Assembly (NCBI GenBank): GCA_044892525.1
Contig: CM097885.1
Location: forward strand, 44,580,001-44,644,000
Source of the DNA: Schmidtea polychroa
Lineage: Eukaryota
Direction of reading: 5' to 3'
Length of the DNA stretch: 64,000 nucleotides
The notes under the pieces are model-generated. The model had not been told where the DNA came from. It worked only from the letters and a program-made list of their open reading frames with translations, and did not search any database. Within the stretch, counting starts at the first letter, position 1, and each line of letters starts with the position of its first letter. Shown piece by piece: positions 34,508 through 51,769 of the stretch. Both the position numbers and the translations under genes were made by a program.

Positions 34508-37308
34508 TGGAAATATTTTAAAATTATATATCATTCGATAGAAAAGAGGAAACCTTAAGTAATTTAGAAAGAAAATGGCATGTTAATAATTAAAAATAAA
34601 ATTTAATGCTATATTTTAATTTAATATAATGAATCATAAACTAGCAAACAAATCTGGTTGATTAACTTATAATTTTGAATAATGTAATGTATATTTACAC
34701 AAAAGAAAATGTTGTAATAATTATAATAATTAACTTTGGGAATAAATGAAATGTGTATTTATAAATCGGAAATTTAAACATTTAAACGCTTTTAAAATAA
34801 AAATTAAATTAATTAAAATTTTGCAATATTAAAGCATTTTTCTAATTTCCTACACAAACACTATGGAAAATCTGTTCATTATTAATAGTTTTTTAATTAA
34901 TTTTAAAATTATTCCTAAAATTACACTTGAGTTTATTTTTATTTAAATATTCCGTTTGATTTTTACTTGGCATTGTAAGTAATTGGTTAGAGTCAAATCA
35001 TGTCTAAGAATAATCAAATTTGATAAATTCAATGCATCTTTTTCTAAAACGAATGCCAACTATGTTTTCTTCCAAAAATTGATATACAATTAGGGCGTAA
35101 TAAAAAATTGAAAATAAACATTTGTAAAATTAAAACATATAAATATATATTTTTTTAATATATATTTAAACACAATCGACAAAAAGGTGTTAAATTTGTG
35201 TAAATAATTTTTGCAATTATAGAAGATAATTTTTAAAGCTTTTAACATTGTCATATTCTAAAATTTAAACATATTTTTCATTTTATAATGCCACACTTAA
35301 AAAGAAAATAATTTGCAGCTAAAAGGCTTAACTTATCATTTATTTGTTTAACAATGTGTAATTTAGATTACAAATTATTTCAGGAGATATTTTACAGAGA
35401 GATTAGAAAATTCAAAATATCATTAAATAAAAAATACAATATCTAAAACACAATCTAAAGAAAAACGCGCATTTATTTCTCAAAGAAATTAGAGGCACTT
35501 TAAATGCAAGTAAAAACAGAAAAAAGGTGGTGAAATATTTTGATTTAAACAAATTTCCTATTAAATCTATTTGCTTTGCCAGATCAAATCATCCCTAAAA
35601 CGCATAAATCAAAACTACAACTGAAATAATTTTAATTAATATTCTGAAAATATGTTTATTTCCCAATATCCCATTTCTTCTAAGAACGAATTTAAATATT
35701 TTTTCGAATAAATTATGAAAAATTTTAACAAAACGTGATTTATTACTTTTCATTAATGTCTCCCATAGATATGTGTAGAGAATATCTTGAAAAATAATAA
35801 CTATTATTAATGGATCATAAATTTGCAAATGCTACTGATAGACTGTTTACACTGATCTGGCGACATGGGAAATCGTCGGGCATTCAGTTAAATATTTTGG
35901 TTTATCCTTTAATGCTTCTTTGACAAATTATCGGTTAAAGTATTTGTTATTTTAAATTCATTTCAATTAAATCTTATTATCTATTTAAATATAATTAAAA
36001 TATTTGAGTCACTTTTGACATTTCTACGTCTTCTTTTGACTTCTATGGTCTTTCTGAACATGACAATGTATATGCTTTGTATTTTAATTCTATTCAAGAT
36101 TGAAAATGATGAGTTGTAGTTATTTTTCGGCGGGATTGAGCAATAAATCTAACCCCACGTGTTCTCGATCAGAATAAGAACTCAACACAATACTATTTTA
36201 TATTTACCACAAATTTTAATAGAAATTTCTCTTGTTTCTTTCAGAATGCCTTAACTTTTCGCTTTAATTTTTCGCTCCTTCTTTATCTTCGATCATTATG
36301 GTAATTTAGTTAAGTTTTTAATTACTTTTACAGGGCTTCCTATTCGTCATTTTATTCCAAATTAGATTACTTACCGACAAGGAGCCGGTAAATCCTTTAA
36401 AACTTTGAATTTCTTTTGTTTTAGCATCACAGGCTGAATTTTTGCTTGTTAAGTCCTAATTAAATTTATTTGTTTTTTTTCTTCAATTAATTAGTTTGTA
36501 TTTTCTAAACAACTTTGTCTAGGAACTCTCTGATCGATTTGTTATTGCTATGTTTATTTATCTCATCATTGGCCACCCACTCATACCTGTTTCCATCCAA
36601 AATATTTTATAATTAATATTTGCATTTCATTTTTATATTTCTACTTTTGTAATAATATTTATATTTTAATTGTTTTCCTCATAATTCGGTGTCTCTACGT
36701 TAATTTTACAAAACCGCCAACAAAAATGATGCCACTATTTTGTGCTTCAATACATTCACGAAATCTTTTCATTACATGAATATTATTTTCAATCGTGTAA
36801 AAAGATAATAGAATTTCAGTCATGTCAAAGTATTTCGTACAATTTCATTAAATTTCTTTAGAAGTAATATTGTAACATTACATATCAAAAGATTCTTTGA
36901 TTTTAAAAGTCATAATTATTGGGTGACTCGACAAAATTGTTTTCTTCAAAAATATAAAATAATTTTATAATCAACATTTACATTGTCTGATGTTTTGTTG
37001 TTTGACTTTCTCATCCAATTCACTAATCAAAGTTTTGCTGGGCTATTTTATTACTCGTTTCAATGAACTGTTTTATCAGGATGCTTAATTGTTGCAAAAA
37101 ATATTTGATAAATTAACAAATGAAATTTTTAAACAAATTCTATTACAAAATTTATGAAGTATAATAACAGTGATAGTGAACCTAAGGTATGCGTGCAAGA
37201 GATGGCAACGATTTTGCTGGCAGGTGGACTATTTATAGATTCAAAGGATTTTCTAATTTATAACTCATAGATAATATATATTTAATCTTTTCGTGCACAA
37301 ATGTATTA

Positions 37309-38192
37309 TGTAGAGGATACCTAAATAACAAATTTATAAATAAATAAATAAAATTACTCAGGGGAAGATCGTCATGACAAACGGGACGATCTATGAGAAA
37401 TGAGAAATGAGAAAGAGGAAGGAAGCAAAAGGAATCAGACATGAAAACAAAAACAAAGGTCAGTACTAATTAATTTGTAGAAAAAGGAAAAGGAATTTCG
37501 AAATCGGGAAAATAGAAAAAACAACAATAATCTTATCTCGACAGCTTGTCAGATATAACGGAACACTTCAAAAACAGGATGAAGCACCAAAAGGGAAAAA
37601 TTAGAAAATATCTCGACAGCTGTCGAAGATAACTCGGTCGCAGGGAAAATTGGGAAATCATGTTGGAGAAAAAATGGGAAATTGAAGATAAACTGAAGCG
37701 CCACAAAATTATGAAGTATAAAAGGAGGTATTTCAGCAAAAGTAGGCAGAACGACATAGAGATCAATTTAGAAAGAATTAAGAGAACAAGGGAGAGAACA
37801 ATTTGGAAGAACCAAATTTGAATAAAATTGAAGCGGAGGAATTAACGAGAAAACAGAAATAAAGAGAGGCAGCAAGAGTTTATTCAGTTGCTAATAGAAT
37901 AAAGTTCGGTGAGTAAATCCTAGTCAAATCAGAAAACAACCAGTTAAAATTACCAATTGTGAGAGATTTGTCAATCCGGTGTTATACACAAATACTATTC
38001 CTCACTGAGTGTTGTAATAAGCATTGTATAGGCACCAAGCAAAGTGTTGAATTGATTGTCAGTGTAAAGTGAAAGTTATGTGTGATTATCAATAAAGATT
38101 TCTGTTGTCAAGTGTTATTAGTGGATCAGTAAAAGACACGCTTGGAGTCAGAGTAAGAATTTTAAATTTATCACAAAACCAATAACCCAACA
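37309..38192 (+). mobile_element. Probable solo LTR related to 50747-51738
   Basis: TGTAGAGG...ACCCAACA ends, purine-rich body, and TGGAGTCAGAGTAA near the 3' end shared with the other LTR. TSD not clear. Confidence 0.6.
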
Positions 38193-41100
38193 TTATTATT
38201 AATCTCAGCTGACATACACCATAAAAAGTATTAATGTAGACAAGTTCGTGCATCCCTAACATATTGGTATTCATCTTTGACCATTATACGTATATGTAAA
38301 TTAATATGCAGTTTTTTACACACGCGAAAATATCACTTTGTGATACGTAACCTAAAAGCTTTCCCTTCAAAAAAACAATGGAAAAGAATTAAAATCATAT
38401 GTAATTATTTTTCATTTTAGTATCAAAAATATTGACTGTCAATATCTTTCAAACTGAAAAAGTCGAAAAATTATTATTTGTTATTTTGTTATTTTGTTAT
38501 TATTGTTATTTTGTTATCCTTATCTAACTGTTGCAATTAAATCTCAAGAGGCTTGGAAAGCTGAATTTATATTTCGTCTGTCATAAATAAGAAAAGGATT
38601 CCAGATGTTTGTGAATAGTAAAGAAACAAATATTATCTTTCTGCGTTTTATTACCTAAAACGCTATAAATCGAGTTTTATAAAAAAGTTATGAAAATACT
38701 ACAAATTTTCACCTTAATTTCCTAATTTAGAATCCAGTTTCAAAATAAATATTTGTCAATTTTGAATATGTAATAAATAAAAGATTTCGTCGTAAGTTAA
38801 ACAAAGATTTTGTGTATTTTTTGAGAATATAATGAAAACGACAACTTTTATTAATGTAATTATATATTATTAATTATATATTATTAATTCGTATCACATT
38901 ATTGTTTGTATCATTTACTAGTTAATTAAAAAATAAAAATTGAAATATTGATTCAATATTGTGAGAATAGAATTAATAAAATACATTAAAAATATTAAAA
39001 ATTTTAAAAATGAATTATGTGAAATAAAATTAATTTTAATCAAATTTAATTTTCATTTTTATACGTGAAAACTTTTATATTTTTGAATCAATGCCAGTCT
39101 GAATCTATAGCTATTATAACTGTTTGAAATATTTCATAAAACAATTATGAATAGAGTACATTTACACATAAGATTCAAATATAATTTAGATTAACAAATC
39201 TTTTTATTTAATTTATCTGCATTTTGCATTATATTTTGTTAATAAGATAACTATATTTTGGAAGACTCAGAGTTGTACATCTTAATTTGAAATTGTGATT
39301 ATTTTTGTTTGAAACGGTTGAAATAAATCTGCAATATAACAAAAACTGTACGTTACAATTATGTAATAGTAGGACAATTTTACTTTATTTTTAGATGGAA
39401 TTGGATTTATAAGTTTTATAATGATGACTCCAACACTTCGAACTACTTTTATTAACTGTTAATTAACTAATAATTAGTTTTATAAATTAATGAAAACCAC
39501 ACAATAAATTTTATTCACCATTAGGCACTGTAAAATTCATTTAAATTCATTAAAATCATTAACCAATAAAATTAATCTAAAATATATTTAAATTAATTCT
39601 TAAAAATATTTTACGCGTTATAAGAGCGACAATAACATAAAATGACATAATTTTCAATAAATATAAATTATAATTTTATTACAAACTTTTTTTTAATTTT
39701 TAATATTACAAATTTAAATTTAAATTATAAATGTTTTAAAAATTTATAATCAAAGTAAATTCTTAAAAATAAAAAGATATTTTTTTAAAGTAAATCAATT
39801 AATAAAATTTTCTTTAATTGTAATTTAAAAAAAATAAAGTTTGATCAGGTTTAGTTTTATTAATTTTATTAATCCTTTCAAAAAATTTCTAATGAAGTTT
39901 AAGAATTCACAAATGATTTCCATGAGCAAATTTTATTTAATTTTACTTGAACTCTGGAAATTTTTTGTTATCATTGTCATATAGTTTGTTACCAAATCTA
40001 GGGTCATAAAATCTTTTTTTTACAATTACTTTAACACATCATTTTTAACTTCAAACTGAGTTATACGTAAGAAGGATAATTGTAGTCCTTAAAAGTATGT
40101 AATTATTACAATCTCTTTCTGATATAAACGCAGAAAACCTAATAACTGAATTCAATTTTTACGGATTTATAATATAAGATTTTTTGCTAGATGAATATTT
40201 GTAAAAGTTTAGAAGTTATCTGAAGGAAGCTAAGGGTCTTTATTTTTCAACATTTTTCTTTTTGAAAGTTTTCAGAAGCATAAAACTAAATATTTTCTTC
40301 CAATATACAGTAAATATCATTTAATATAAACTCTGTTATCATGAAAACTCTCTTAACAAATATTGTTTTCATAGCCCAGCTCAATGTCAATACATTAAAT
40401 ACCATACAATGAAGTCCGTTCAACATAAAACTCGATAAAATTGATGATGTTTTGTGGGTCGTTTGGATTTTGCACCAGGAAAGGTTCACCCTATAATGCA
40501 ATATAAGCATTAATTTATACATAAATGGAATAATTATACATAAATTGGAGTGCATACAAATTTATATTACGTTTTACATTTTCTGAAAGCATTATTTCTT
40601 AATTACCAAACTTAGTTATCCTTTTTAACAATTAATAACTATTTTAATTAATTTTTATATTTTAATTTCGTTATCCTTTATTAATATCTTTTATCTTCCT
40701 TAATTTGCTTTATCAAAAAATATATAATTATCAATAAATATACAATTATAAGATACGTTAGATTTGTCTACATCTTATCTAAATTGAATCTACTATAAAC
40801 ATGCAATCTGGATATTCCATTCACATGATATTTTTGTGGTTGCATAGAAAATATACTAATTCGCAACTACCTCAAAATTATGTGCTCATTTGTCATCATG
40901 ATGTTTATGCAGAGAACCGAATGTATTTCACATTTCAGACTGTACGACATTAGTGAGTATGTGTGCACACATCACGCAATGTACACTATTTTCAGCTTGT
41001 AGCAGATTGAATATGGAAATAACGTACATACGTAAATGATATTTTTTTGGGGAATTTATTAATGCAACAATAATGTGTCAACATATGACATAGAAGTTAG

Positions 41101-41263
41101 GAATCAATATGAATGACATTGGAAATAACGCAATATGTAATAAAACTATAAATTAATCGCTCTTTAAGTTAGCTGCTTTTGGTCAATCAAGTGTCTTTAA
41201 AATGTAGAAAATTTAGTAAGTTTGTTTAAATAAAAAATGGATATAATATAATGAATGGATATA

Positions 41264-41473
41264 CCGTATTAGCCCGAATATAACGCGACCCCGAATTTAG
41301 AAACTCATAAAAAATAATTAAAATTAAGGGAAATTCAATCAGATAAGCGTTTTGTTAGGTAATTAAAAGTAATACATAGGTTATATTCATGACATTAAAT
41401 TTAATTAATTTAAACCAAAATTTAATAAAAATAAAATGTTAAAATTTGTCGCGTTATATTCGGGCTAATACGG
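41264..41473. mobile_element. pogo/Tigger-type MITE
   Basis: Perfect 26-bp TIR CCGTATTAGCCCGAATATAACGCGAC with TA TSD. Confidence 0.93.
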
Positions 41474-41954
41474 TATATGTTTCCATTTTTATTCCGAAAC
41501 AAGCCATTGATAAAATTATAAACAAGATAGAATTTCAAGTTATTCATTTTGTTTTTATTAAATTTACTAAAACAATAATATACCAATATTAATATTATAA
41601 AAAGCTTCCCCTTGCTATTGACAATATTAGGTAATATAATAATGAGCTTGACCATGACTGATTAAACCTTGAATTTAGTATTTTCCAAACGCGAACAAAC
41701 TTCGATATCATTTTGTTACATATTGTTAAAAAGATGGAAAATGCAGGTTTGTAATTAATTTAGAAATTATATCAGTTTTAACAGATTATTTGACGGTCAA
41801 CAACGGATAATTTCTTGCAATTGCTATGTTGTGATAGAGGTTTTAAGAGTCCAAATATTTGAAAATATCTAAAGTAATTAACTATGAAAACTTCTAAAGT
41901 TTTAGCTGAAAAAGATTTGAAAGTTATCCCTGAATTTAATATTTTGAACAGAAT

Positions 41955-42347
41955 CAGTGCTTTTTTCTGGAAAAAGGTGCCGGAACTTATCTGTAGCAAA
42001 TTTATTTTATAATTCAATTTTTTGAAATTTTAAATATATTGATTATTTTACAATGTGAATTTACAACGCCGACGACAGGAAACGATTTTAATGACGTAGT
42101 ATATTAATGGCGTATATTTACCGTGAGTGTATTTTATATAATAGTAATAACACATAGGAAGCATGGAGTGATGATTCACTCGCTTTGGCGTACGACTACT
42201 ACTTTTAATTTGATTGTAATTGACTATTTGAAATGTTAGAAATAAAAATATGACAAAAACCAAAACATATGTCAATTTTTTAAAATCATTCAGCGAAAAA
42301 AGGTGCCGGAACGCTTTTGCGGAGCATTCCGTCAGAAAAAAGCACTG
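41955..42347. mobile_element. hAT-type MITE
   Basis: 15-bp TIR CAGTGCTTTTTTCTG, perfect 8-bp TSD AACAGAAT, subterminal repeat AAAAAGGTGCCGGAAC. Confidence 0.93.
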
Positions 42348-45219
42348 AACAGAATTATTTATATTTTGTATGAGTAAAATCCTTTATCTATTTGGTTAAT
42401 ATAAATCTGTCCTTTCATTTAGAATTTCATTTCTCTTCATTTAAATTTTGAAAATAAATCAATGTGTCTTTACCTAATTACCAAATATTTTCGACCATGC
42501 TTTTTTAAATTGTTAATAATTATTCATTAATATCACTTGAGAAAAACAGCGCTGATATAATATTAAAAACATTGATAAAATTTAAATAAGAATTTATTAA
42601 ATTTATTAAAAAGAGAACTTGAGACTATAAATCAGTAATATATCGATGTTTTTAGATACTCACGAATTTTCGGCACTGCCTTTCCACTCTTTTTAATGAA
42701 TTTAATAAATTCAATGGAAAAAATAATCAGTGGTGAAATTGGAAATAAAAGTTCTTATATTAAATAAGAATAAATTTAATTTAAATATTTAAAAAATATA
42801 TTTTAAAATTGAATATAATTAGTCACTTCAACTAATGTCAACTTTTCATTTCGTTTGTATGATTTTAAAAACATTTTAATAATTTATTCGCATATTAAAT
42901 TTTAAAGAAAATGTTTGTGTTTAAATATGTTTAAATAGCTGTCTGTGTTCTCATGCCATTTCCAAATTGAATTTGCTATAATCAGACAATTTGGACATAA
43001 TATTCACGTGAAATCTTCTATGATTGAATAAAAAATGCACCAATACACAATTAAATCAAAATTTTGTGCTCATTTGATATTATGATGCTTGTTGATATAA
43101 TCAAATGTATTTCATATGTCTCATAGTTAAAACTGCAGATCACTATTAAATATTTGTAAATGTGTCAAGCAATGCACATAAATCTTTGTTTAAATCAGAT
43201 TTAACGTGGAAATTATAAAAATCAAAAGTCGGAAAAAAGAGATAAATTACACCGAGGTGGGTTAATTGAAAGTTTTGGGGTTGATAAAGAAAAATAGAAA
43301 TAAATATTTATATCATTTTATATTAATTGAGACGAAACTTCCTCAAAGTGATAACATCATTGTAAATCAATATAATTTATTTATAAGTGAAAAATGTTCG
43401 AATTTTTCATCAAAGAGAATCTAAATTAAGGCAAAGGAAAATTATATACATTTGATAAGAGCGGTACACAAAACAGGTGTTTCTGATGCGTCTAGATTCT
43501 GCGTTCTGACTCCTAAGATGCTGGGTTTGATTTCAAATACGCTGGAAATTAGTCTGTTTTAATAAATCTTTATTTTAAAAATTTATTAAATTTAAATAAA
43601 TGACTTTTGACTCTATTATTTAAACATAACAGTGATATACACCGATATCTATTTTTATAAAAAAGGTTCCTAAAATTATGGGGAAATCAAAACTAAATAT
43701 TACATGGAGTTACCTTATTCCGAGCATCTGATATAACGTCGGCTTTTACCGATTCTAAGAAACTGACAAGATTTTCGGGTCGTCTAAAAATATTTTATTT
43801 TTATGGTCAAAAAATTAGCATTTGTTAAACCGCTGTAAAGAAATACTGAAATTATTTAATATTATTCTTGAACTATTTTATTATCACAAATCGACTCAAT
43901 TGTAGAAATCATAAAATGCAAACTTCAAACATTACAAAATAAGCATGCATTAACTTAAAAAGAAACCTGTCAAATGACGATTATAAAATATTATTTTTAG
44001 TGCATATTTTAAAGAACATTTTGCTTTCTTTTGTTTTTATACGATTTTTATGCTACACACAAGTTGGGAGTCTTTTTTTCATTATAGTTTCAATCTCTTC
44101 TTATACTGTCAATATAATAATGTCCTCATAAATTATATATAATCTTTCTATATTTTACCTTATAAAGATAAATATTGAAGTTGGTCACCCAATCCTTCTT
44201 TATTGTTCACTTCAATTTGTAATTTTATGAACAATTTTATTTTAGTATAAGTATATATTTTTCAGTCTTTTAAAAAAGTTTAAATCTTTATATTGTTAAG
44301 ATTATGTCTTTGAATATGGTCTTTCAACCTTAACCATGGGATGTTCACTCTTAAATTATAATGACTTGGAAATATAAAATAACCGAAATATTACCATCTT
44401 AATTTTCTTTCACATAAATTTAAAAAGAAAAAATGGTTACATTTCACTTTTTACTAAACCCGTGACGTCTGAACATGTGCTAATTATTTTTATAGCAGGA
44501 ATTATACCAGGACTTTTGAAACATAATTTTCCTTTGTTCAAGTTCGGATTCCCAATTCAATAAAATATTTTCATTAGGTCACATAGCTAAGGTAAATCTT
44601 GTATTAGAAAAGATTAAAAAAAGTTTTTTATTTATATTGTTCAAACATATTTGACATTTTAAGATGCTCGAAAAAGATCACATACAAAACTTTTGACAAC
44701 ATCCACCAATAGAAATAAGCAATATAAAACATTTGATTTTGAAAAATAAAAAAAAAACATTATTAAAAATATTTATCTGAAATAATAAATCTCCAGGAGT
44801 TATTAGATATTTTTTTTTATATTTTTTAAATTTAAGTTTGCAACCGTTTCATAAAATAAACTTTTCCAAAATAATATTCATTGTGGATCTAAAATACAGA
44901 AATTTAAAAAAAATTAATCTACATCATAACTAAATCTTTCAGATAAATATAATATTAGAAAAACATAAATATATTTCTTTTTATTTTAATTGACCAGATC
45001 TATCAAAAGTTAAGTATAGCAAAACAGACTCAACAAAATTTGATAAGAATTTCCCTTCATATTTTCTTTTTAAAGGTCTTAATGGATTCTGTAGATTATT
45101 AAGATAAAATTTTAATCTATGACATTTTAAAATCCTTCATTAAACTTCATTTAATAAATTAAATTTTATTCAATTTTATCTGAAGAATATCTAAATGTTT
45201 AATTATTAATAATCTTAAA

Positions 45220-45402
<183 letters not shown>

Positions 45403-45633
45403 ATAAGTATTATAACTATTATTGTAAGGTGTTCTCACATGAGAATTAAATATTTCAAATATTTTATTAAAATAGTTTAAAATAAATTGAAATAGTTTAA
45501 GTAATGTGTAATATTTAAAAAAAAAATTTAAAAATATGTTATGATATAAAATGATGTTTTTGTTATTATTAAAAATTTTTAATTCTATTAATAATCTCTT
45601 AAAAAGTAATTACCAATTAAAAGTAACAATTAA

Positions 45634-45696
<63 letters not shown>

Positions 45697-48600
45697 CATT
45701 ATTATTATCATTTTATTATCATTTATCATTATTGTCGTTGTTGTTCAAAAATAAATAAAAATTTGGAAGTTTGCATTATAATATTTGAATAAATATTTAG
45801 AAGTGTCAAAAATATTATTCACAACACAATTTATCATTTACTTCTTATGAATAAATAAATAAAAATTTGATAACTGTGAATAAACATTTCATTGAATCTT
45901 ATAATATCACGTGTTAGTTATTTATTATTTTATTAATATTACAGTCGTAGTAAAATGTTACCTTTTAAAAAATTAAGCATGATTGTTCCTGTTGATTATG
46001 ACTTTAATTGGAATTTCCAAACATTTTAAAGATTTGCTAGGATATTTGATAAAATGCATATCTTTATAAGTTTTTTTGAAATTCATCAAATTCTTAGAAT
46101 TGTGTTCACTAGATTGAACATGTCCATTGAAATTTGACCCAAGCAAACCCTGTAATCAATTGCTTTTCACTCTCTTTCTCCGTGAATTCCAATTGATATT
46201 ATTTTTGTTCAAAGAATCAGTAAAAGAATCTTTCATATTACACTTCATCGATTTTATATTCTCTGCATTCAATCAAGTATCTGCTGTATGCATTGGTATC
46301 AAAATTGGTTCACTAATTTCAAAAGAAATTCCAGAATAACAAGTTATATTTTCAATAAATTATGCCACAAATTTCGAAATTAATTAATCAAACTCCAGTT
46401 AAATCGATAACAAATTCAAAACCATTAGAATATAATCCCGAATAGAGTTTTGATTGGTGGGAAAAGTTAGCAATTCCACGAATTAAACCCATATATAAAT
46501 GCGACAAGAATCAAAATGTAAAAGCACACGCAGTCGTGAACACACATACATAAATTCGATCACAACAATTCAGCATCGGCACATTGTCACGAAGCACCAA
46601 ACTTAAAAAGACGCATCCAACGACACACACAACAGATTGGCCGAAACAATAATGATAAATAAAAGTTATAAATAAATTAAAGTTTTAAACAATTAAATGC
46701 TAATTTAAGTCTTTTGCTACGAGGTATAATTTAATAAAATGAAAAAGTATATATTCAACTATGAAAATATTAAATCAAAGTTTAAAATATAAATTTTATT
46801 ATTAATAAAAGATTAAATAAACTAATCGACAAAGCTGATAAATCAGAAAACATTAATAATTCAAGTAAGAATATCCCCAAATTATTATGCAAAAATATTG
46901 TAGTTAAATACTTTTTAGATTTTTTGATATTCAGCAGGCATTTCACGGATTCCTAGTATCCCATAATGTAATGTTAAGGAACTATGGATTATTTTAATAA
47001 ATAAGCAGTAAAAATATTAGATAAAAAAGCTCTTTTTTAGCTCAAATATTTTTGTAAACAATAGTTAGATTCAAAAAATAAAACCGAATTTTTCCTTTTG
47101 CAGACCTGTCAAACTGTAGTAGATTTTTTAAAAAATTTACTATTATGAAATTTGAAAAAAATTGTAAAATTGCATTATGAAAAAAAGAAAGTTTAAATAA
47201 AGGTGGGTTTAATTTTTGTATTTTAATATTTCTGGATTTTGGACGACATTTTGTTCTCACCAAATATTAGAAACCCAACAAAAATAATCATAAAATGAAA
47301 TAAAAAGAGAATTTACATTCTATATTAAGCAAATCAACAAACAATTTTCTCAGTTTTCCAAAATAACAATGCAAAAAGATTTTTGTTGAATTCAAATATC
47401 AATAAAACTAAAATTATTAAAATCACTATTTTTTTTATATTTCTGAAAAATTAAACGTAAATAATTGCAAGAATAATATAATTCAGTCATTAAATAACAT
47501 ACAATTAGTAAACTATTTTCTACAAATATGTAATTTATTGTTCAAATTCTAAGGTGAAATTACTATGACTTAAAAATTAAATGATTCGATGAAAAGGAAT
47601 TAAAATGTAAAATTAAGAAAAAAATAACTTTATTAATTAATAAATTAAATGACAGATCTAGACATTCTAATGTGTCTTATGAATATAAAATATTAATATA
47701 AAAAAAGCATTAACTATAAAATAAATTAAATTTCTTTCTTTTGCCTTTAGGAAGTCAATTACAAAGGTGTTAGAAGAAAGGCGAGTGTTAAAGACAATAA
47801 AAAAAAATATTATATAATATGGCACAACAAGTATAGGATAAATGTGCATGTACAAGACAAGGAGGAACTATGAACTGTGAAAGATGATATTGCAGTTCGA
47901 GATTTTGATAATGATCATTCATTTTGATCCCAATCACAATTTATATTTATTCTGTGGTGGCTTATTTGATCTACTTGACAATTACATAAAATTTGATAAC
48001 TATTTGCTTGATTATATATATGGACACGGATTGATTTAAAGGTTGCCGGGTACTGCTCAAATAAATATTCATATTATTTATCCATAAATTACGAAACAAT
48101 TTATAACAAACTATTTAATGGTTTCGTTAAGTTTAACGTAAATATAATCTACAGGAATAATTTTAATAATTTTAAATAATTTTAAATAATTTAAAAATAA
48201 CTATTATTAATATAAAAATTAAATTAGTTAAACACCTCCCTCTAGGGGTTAATTAAAAATATTTGTTCTTGACGCAAGGCGCCATTTTTGAACATTTGAG
48301 TCAATTGACTGAAAGAAAACGAAATCACTGACAAGTTTAAAACTTGAAATTATTAGATTGTTTGAATATTAAATTAAATAAAATTTGAAAGATACCTTAA
48401 GTGTCACAAAAATAAAATAATCATAATAACAATAACAATTTTTAAAAATAAAATAATAATAATAATAACAGTAATAATAATAGATAATGATAATAAATAA
48501 TTAACAATAATAATTTTTAAATTGAAAATATGATAATAATAATAGTAGTAATAATATATAGTGATAATAATAATTAAAAAATAAACCTTTTAAATCGATA

Positions 48601-48767
48601 ATATGATAATGAACACAACAACAAACTAGTAGCGTAATTATAGGCCCGCAGATCCCGCAACTGCGGGGAGGCAAAAGGGGGTCTTTTCAATGCGTGTGAG
48701 CTTGTACCCATTACAAGAAAACTTGTACACTAGATCAAACTCTAAACATATAGGGATTTGAGATTTA

Positions 48768-48885
<118 letters not shown>

Positions 48886-49394
48886 TCTGAAAGGCACAGA
48901 ATAAGAAAGTAAAGGCAATATGGCAGCAAAAGTGAATTAATAAGTGAATTAATCAAAGGGCTTCTTTCAATACTAAAGCTATAAATTGAACTGGTTTTTC
49001 ATGTGATTTAGACTTCATATTCCCCAATAAACCTTATTTAAATATCAAAATGGACTAAATTTTGATCATCAGTCTTTTCTATGTAATTTTCATTTTCAAA
49101 TTTCAACAAAATAGATAAAAACAATGACGCTAGAAATAGAATAAATTAATTGTGCCTTGTAATTTTCAATAATAATAATGATGATAATAATAATAATAAT
49201 AATATTAATAATAATAATAATAATAATTCACAATTAAAATCCACCTTGTTCATAACTTATATATATCATATATAAATATAAATAAAAATATAAACTTTTA
49301 AAAAATTCGTATTTCGCTTTGTTTTCAGAGTATTATTAATTAAAAATAATTAGTGGACCAAGGTTAACTTTTAAAAAAAGAAAATTTATTTTAA

Positions 49395-49990
49395 AATGCT
49401 ATTGCAAATTTGAAAATTATAGGAGAAAAACAAAGACAATATCCAAGGAGTTTAAGACAGACCAACCTATGGGACTTACATCTAATAGGATAAAAGACAA
49501 GTTTGAAACTATTGGAACTGTTCAGGATATTCATAGACAACGTTCCGGAAAACCAAGAATATCAACGAGCTTCACCAGTCAAGAATAATTACTGGAAACT
49601 TATTGCAAAACATCCAAAAAATATATAAGATAAACAACTCATGAAATTGGCATAAGCCCATCAAGTGTATCGCACAGTTTTCGGAGGAAATTGTTCGGAG
49701 CGATAAAGCTACATTCAAATTAAATGAAACAATTAATTAACATATTTGCACTTACTGAAAAATTACATATCTGCACGTCAGGCAGAAACACCATACGAAT
49801 TTACCAGGGGTTTCAGTGTAATGTGGTATCTCAAGCAAATGGTTAATTGGTCATTCCTTTTTGACTGTATAACGACTGGTGTCAATTACTTGAAGTTATT
49901 GTAAGAATCTTTTTTTCCACGCATTTGATGAAGATAGAAAATTTTATTTTCAACAGGACGTTGCACCTTCACACTTGATGTGAACCTTCC
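49395..49990 (+). pseudogene. Degraded Tc1/mariner-superfamily transposase
   Basis: Fragments KFETIGTVQDIHRQRSGKPR, DKATFKLN and FYFQQDVAPSH (QQDGAP motif) with many stops. Confidence 0.7.
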
Positions 49991-50647
49991 AAACGAAAAA
50001 AGCTTTATGTGTGCTTTTACAATTTTCGACATCTTATTTGTGCAAATTTGAATATTCGGTTTTGAGAAACATAAAAACGTAAAATAATTTCAGACTTGTA
50101 AATCTGGATAACGAAATAAGAGTAGTATTGTCATTTTTACGCCCAAATATAAATAAAGTTAACAAAAATCACCAAGCTCAAATTTCACATTAAATGTAAT
50201 TTGTAATTTAATATTAAGTAAACATTTTGTTTACTTTGTATTGCTATTTTATTTTATTTTTCTTTAAAAATTATAAGTGTATGCTAATTTTACAAAATAT
50301 ATTATAGATACATCAATCAATTAACCAAATAAAGTCATTGCCGCCAAAATTTTATTATAATTTTATTATAATGTACCGTGACAAAAAATGGTTGAGAATC
50401 ACTGCTTGAAGCAGTCAAAGATTTGTAAAATGTTTTTTTTACTCTTCAATATAATCCGACGAACGATTGAATACAGCGAAAATAGTGGATCATTGTTGAT
50501 CTATGAAGAAAATGGAGTGTCAGCATCAGAGAAAATCATCAATAAAGTTCAAATTTTCTTGAACCTTTAGATGTTTCACAATTATTTCTGAATACCAGCC
50601 ACAAAAATTTTTACTCAATTTTAAAATTTAATGAAACAATTATCCAG

Positions 50648-51769
<1,122 letters not shown>

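Noticed and set aside
46100..46640. 5' end or ORF1 of a non-LTR retrotransposon (similar impression at 6400-7050)
   Set aside because: Compositional impression only. There are several stops and no diagnostic motif.
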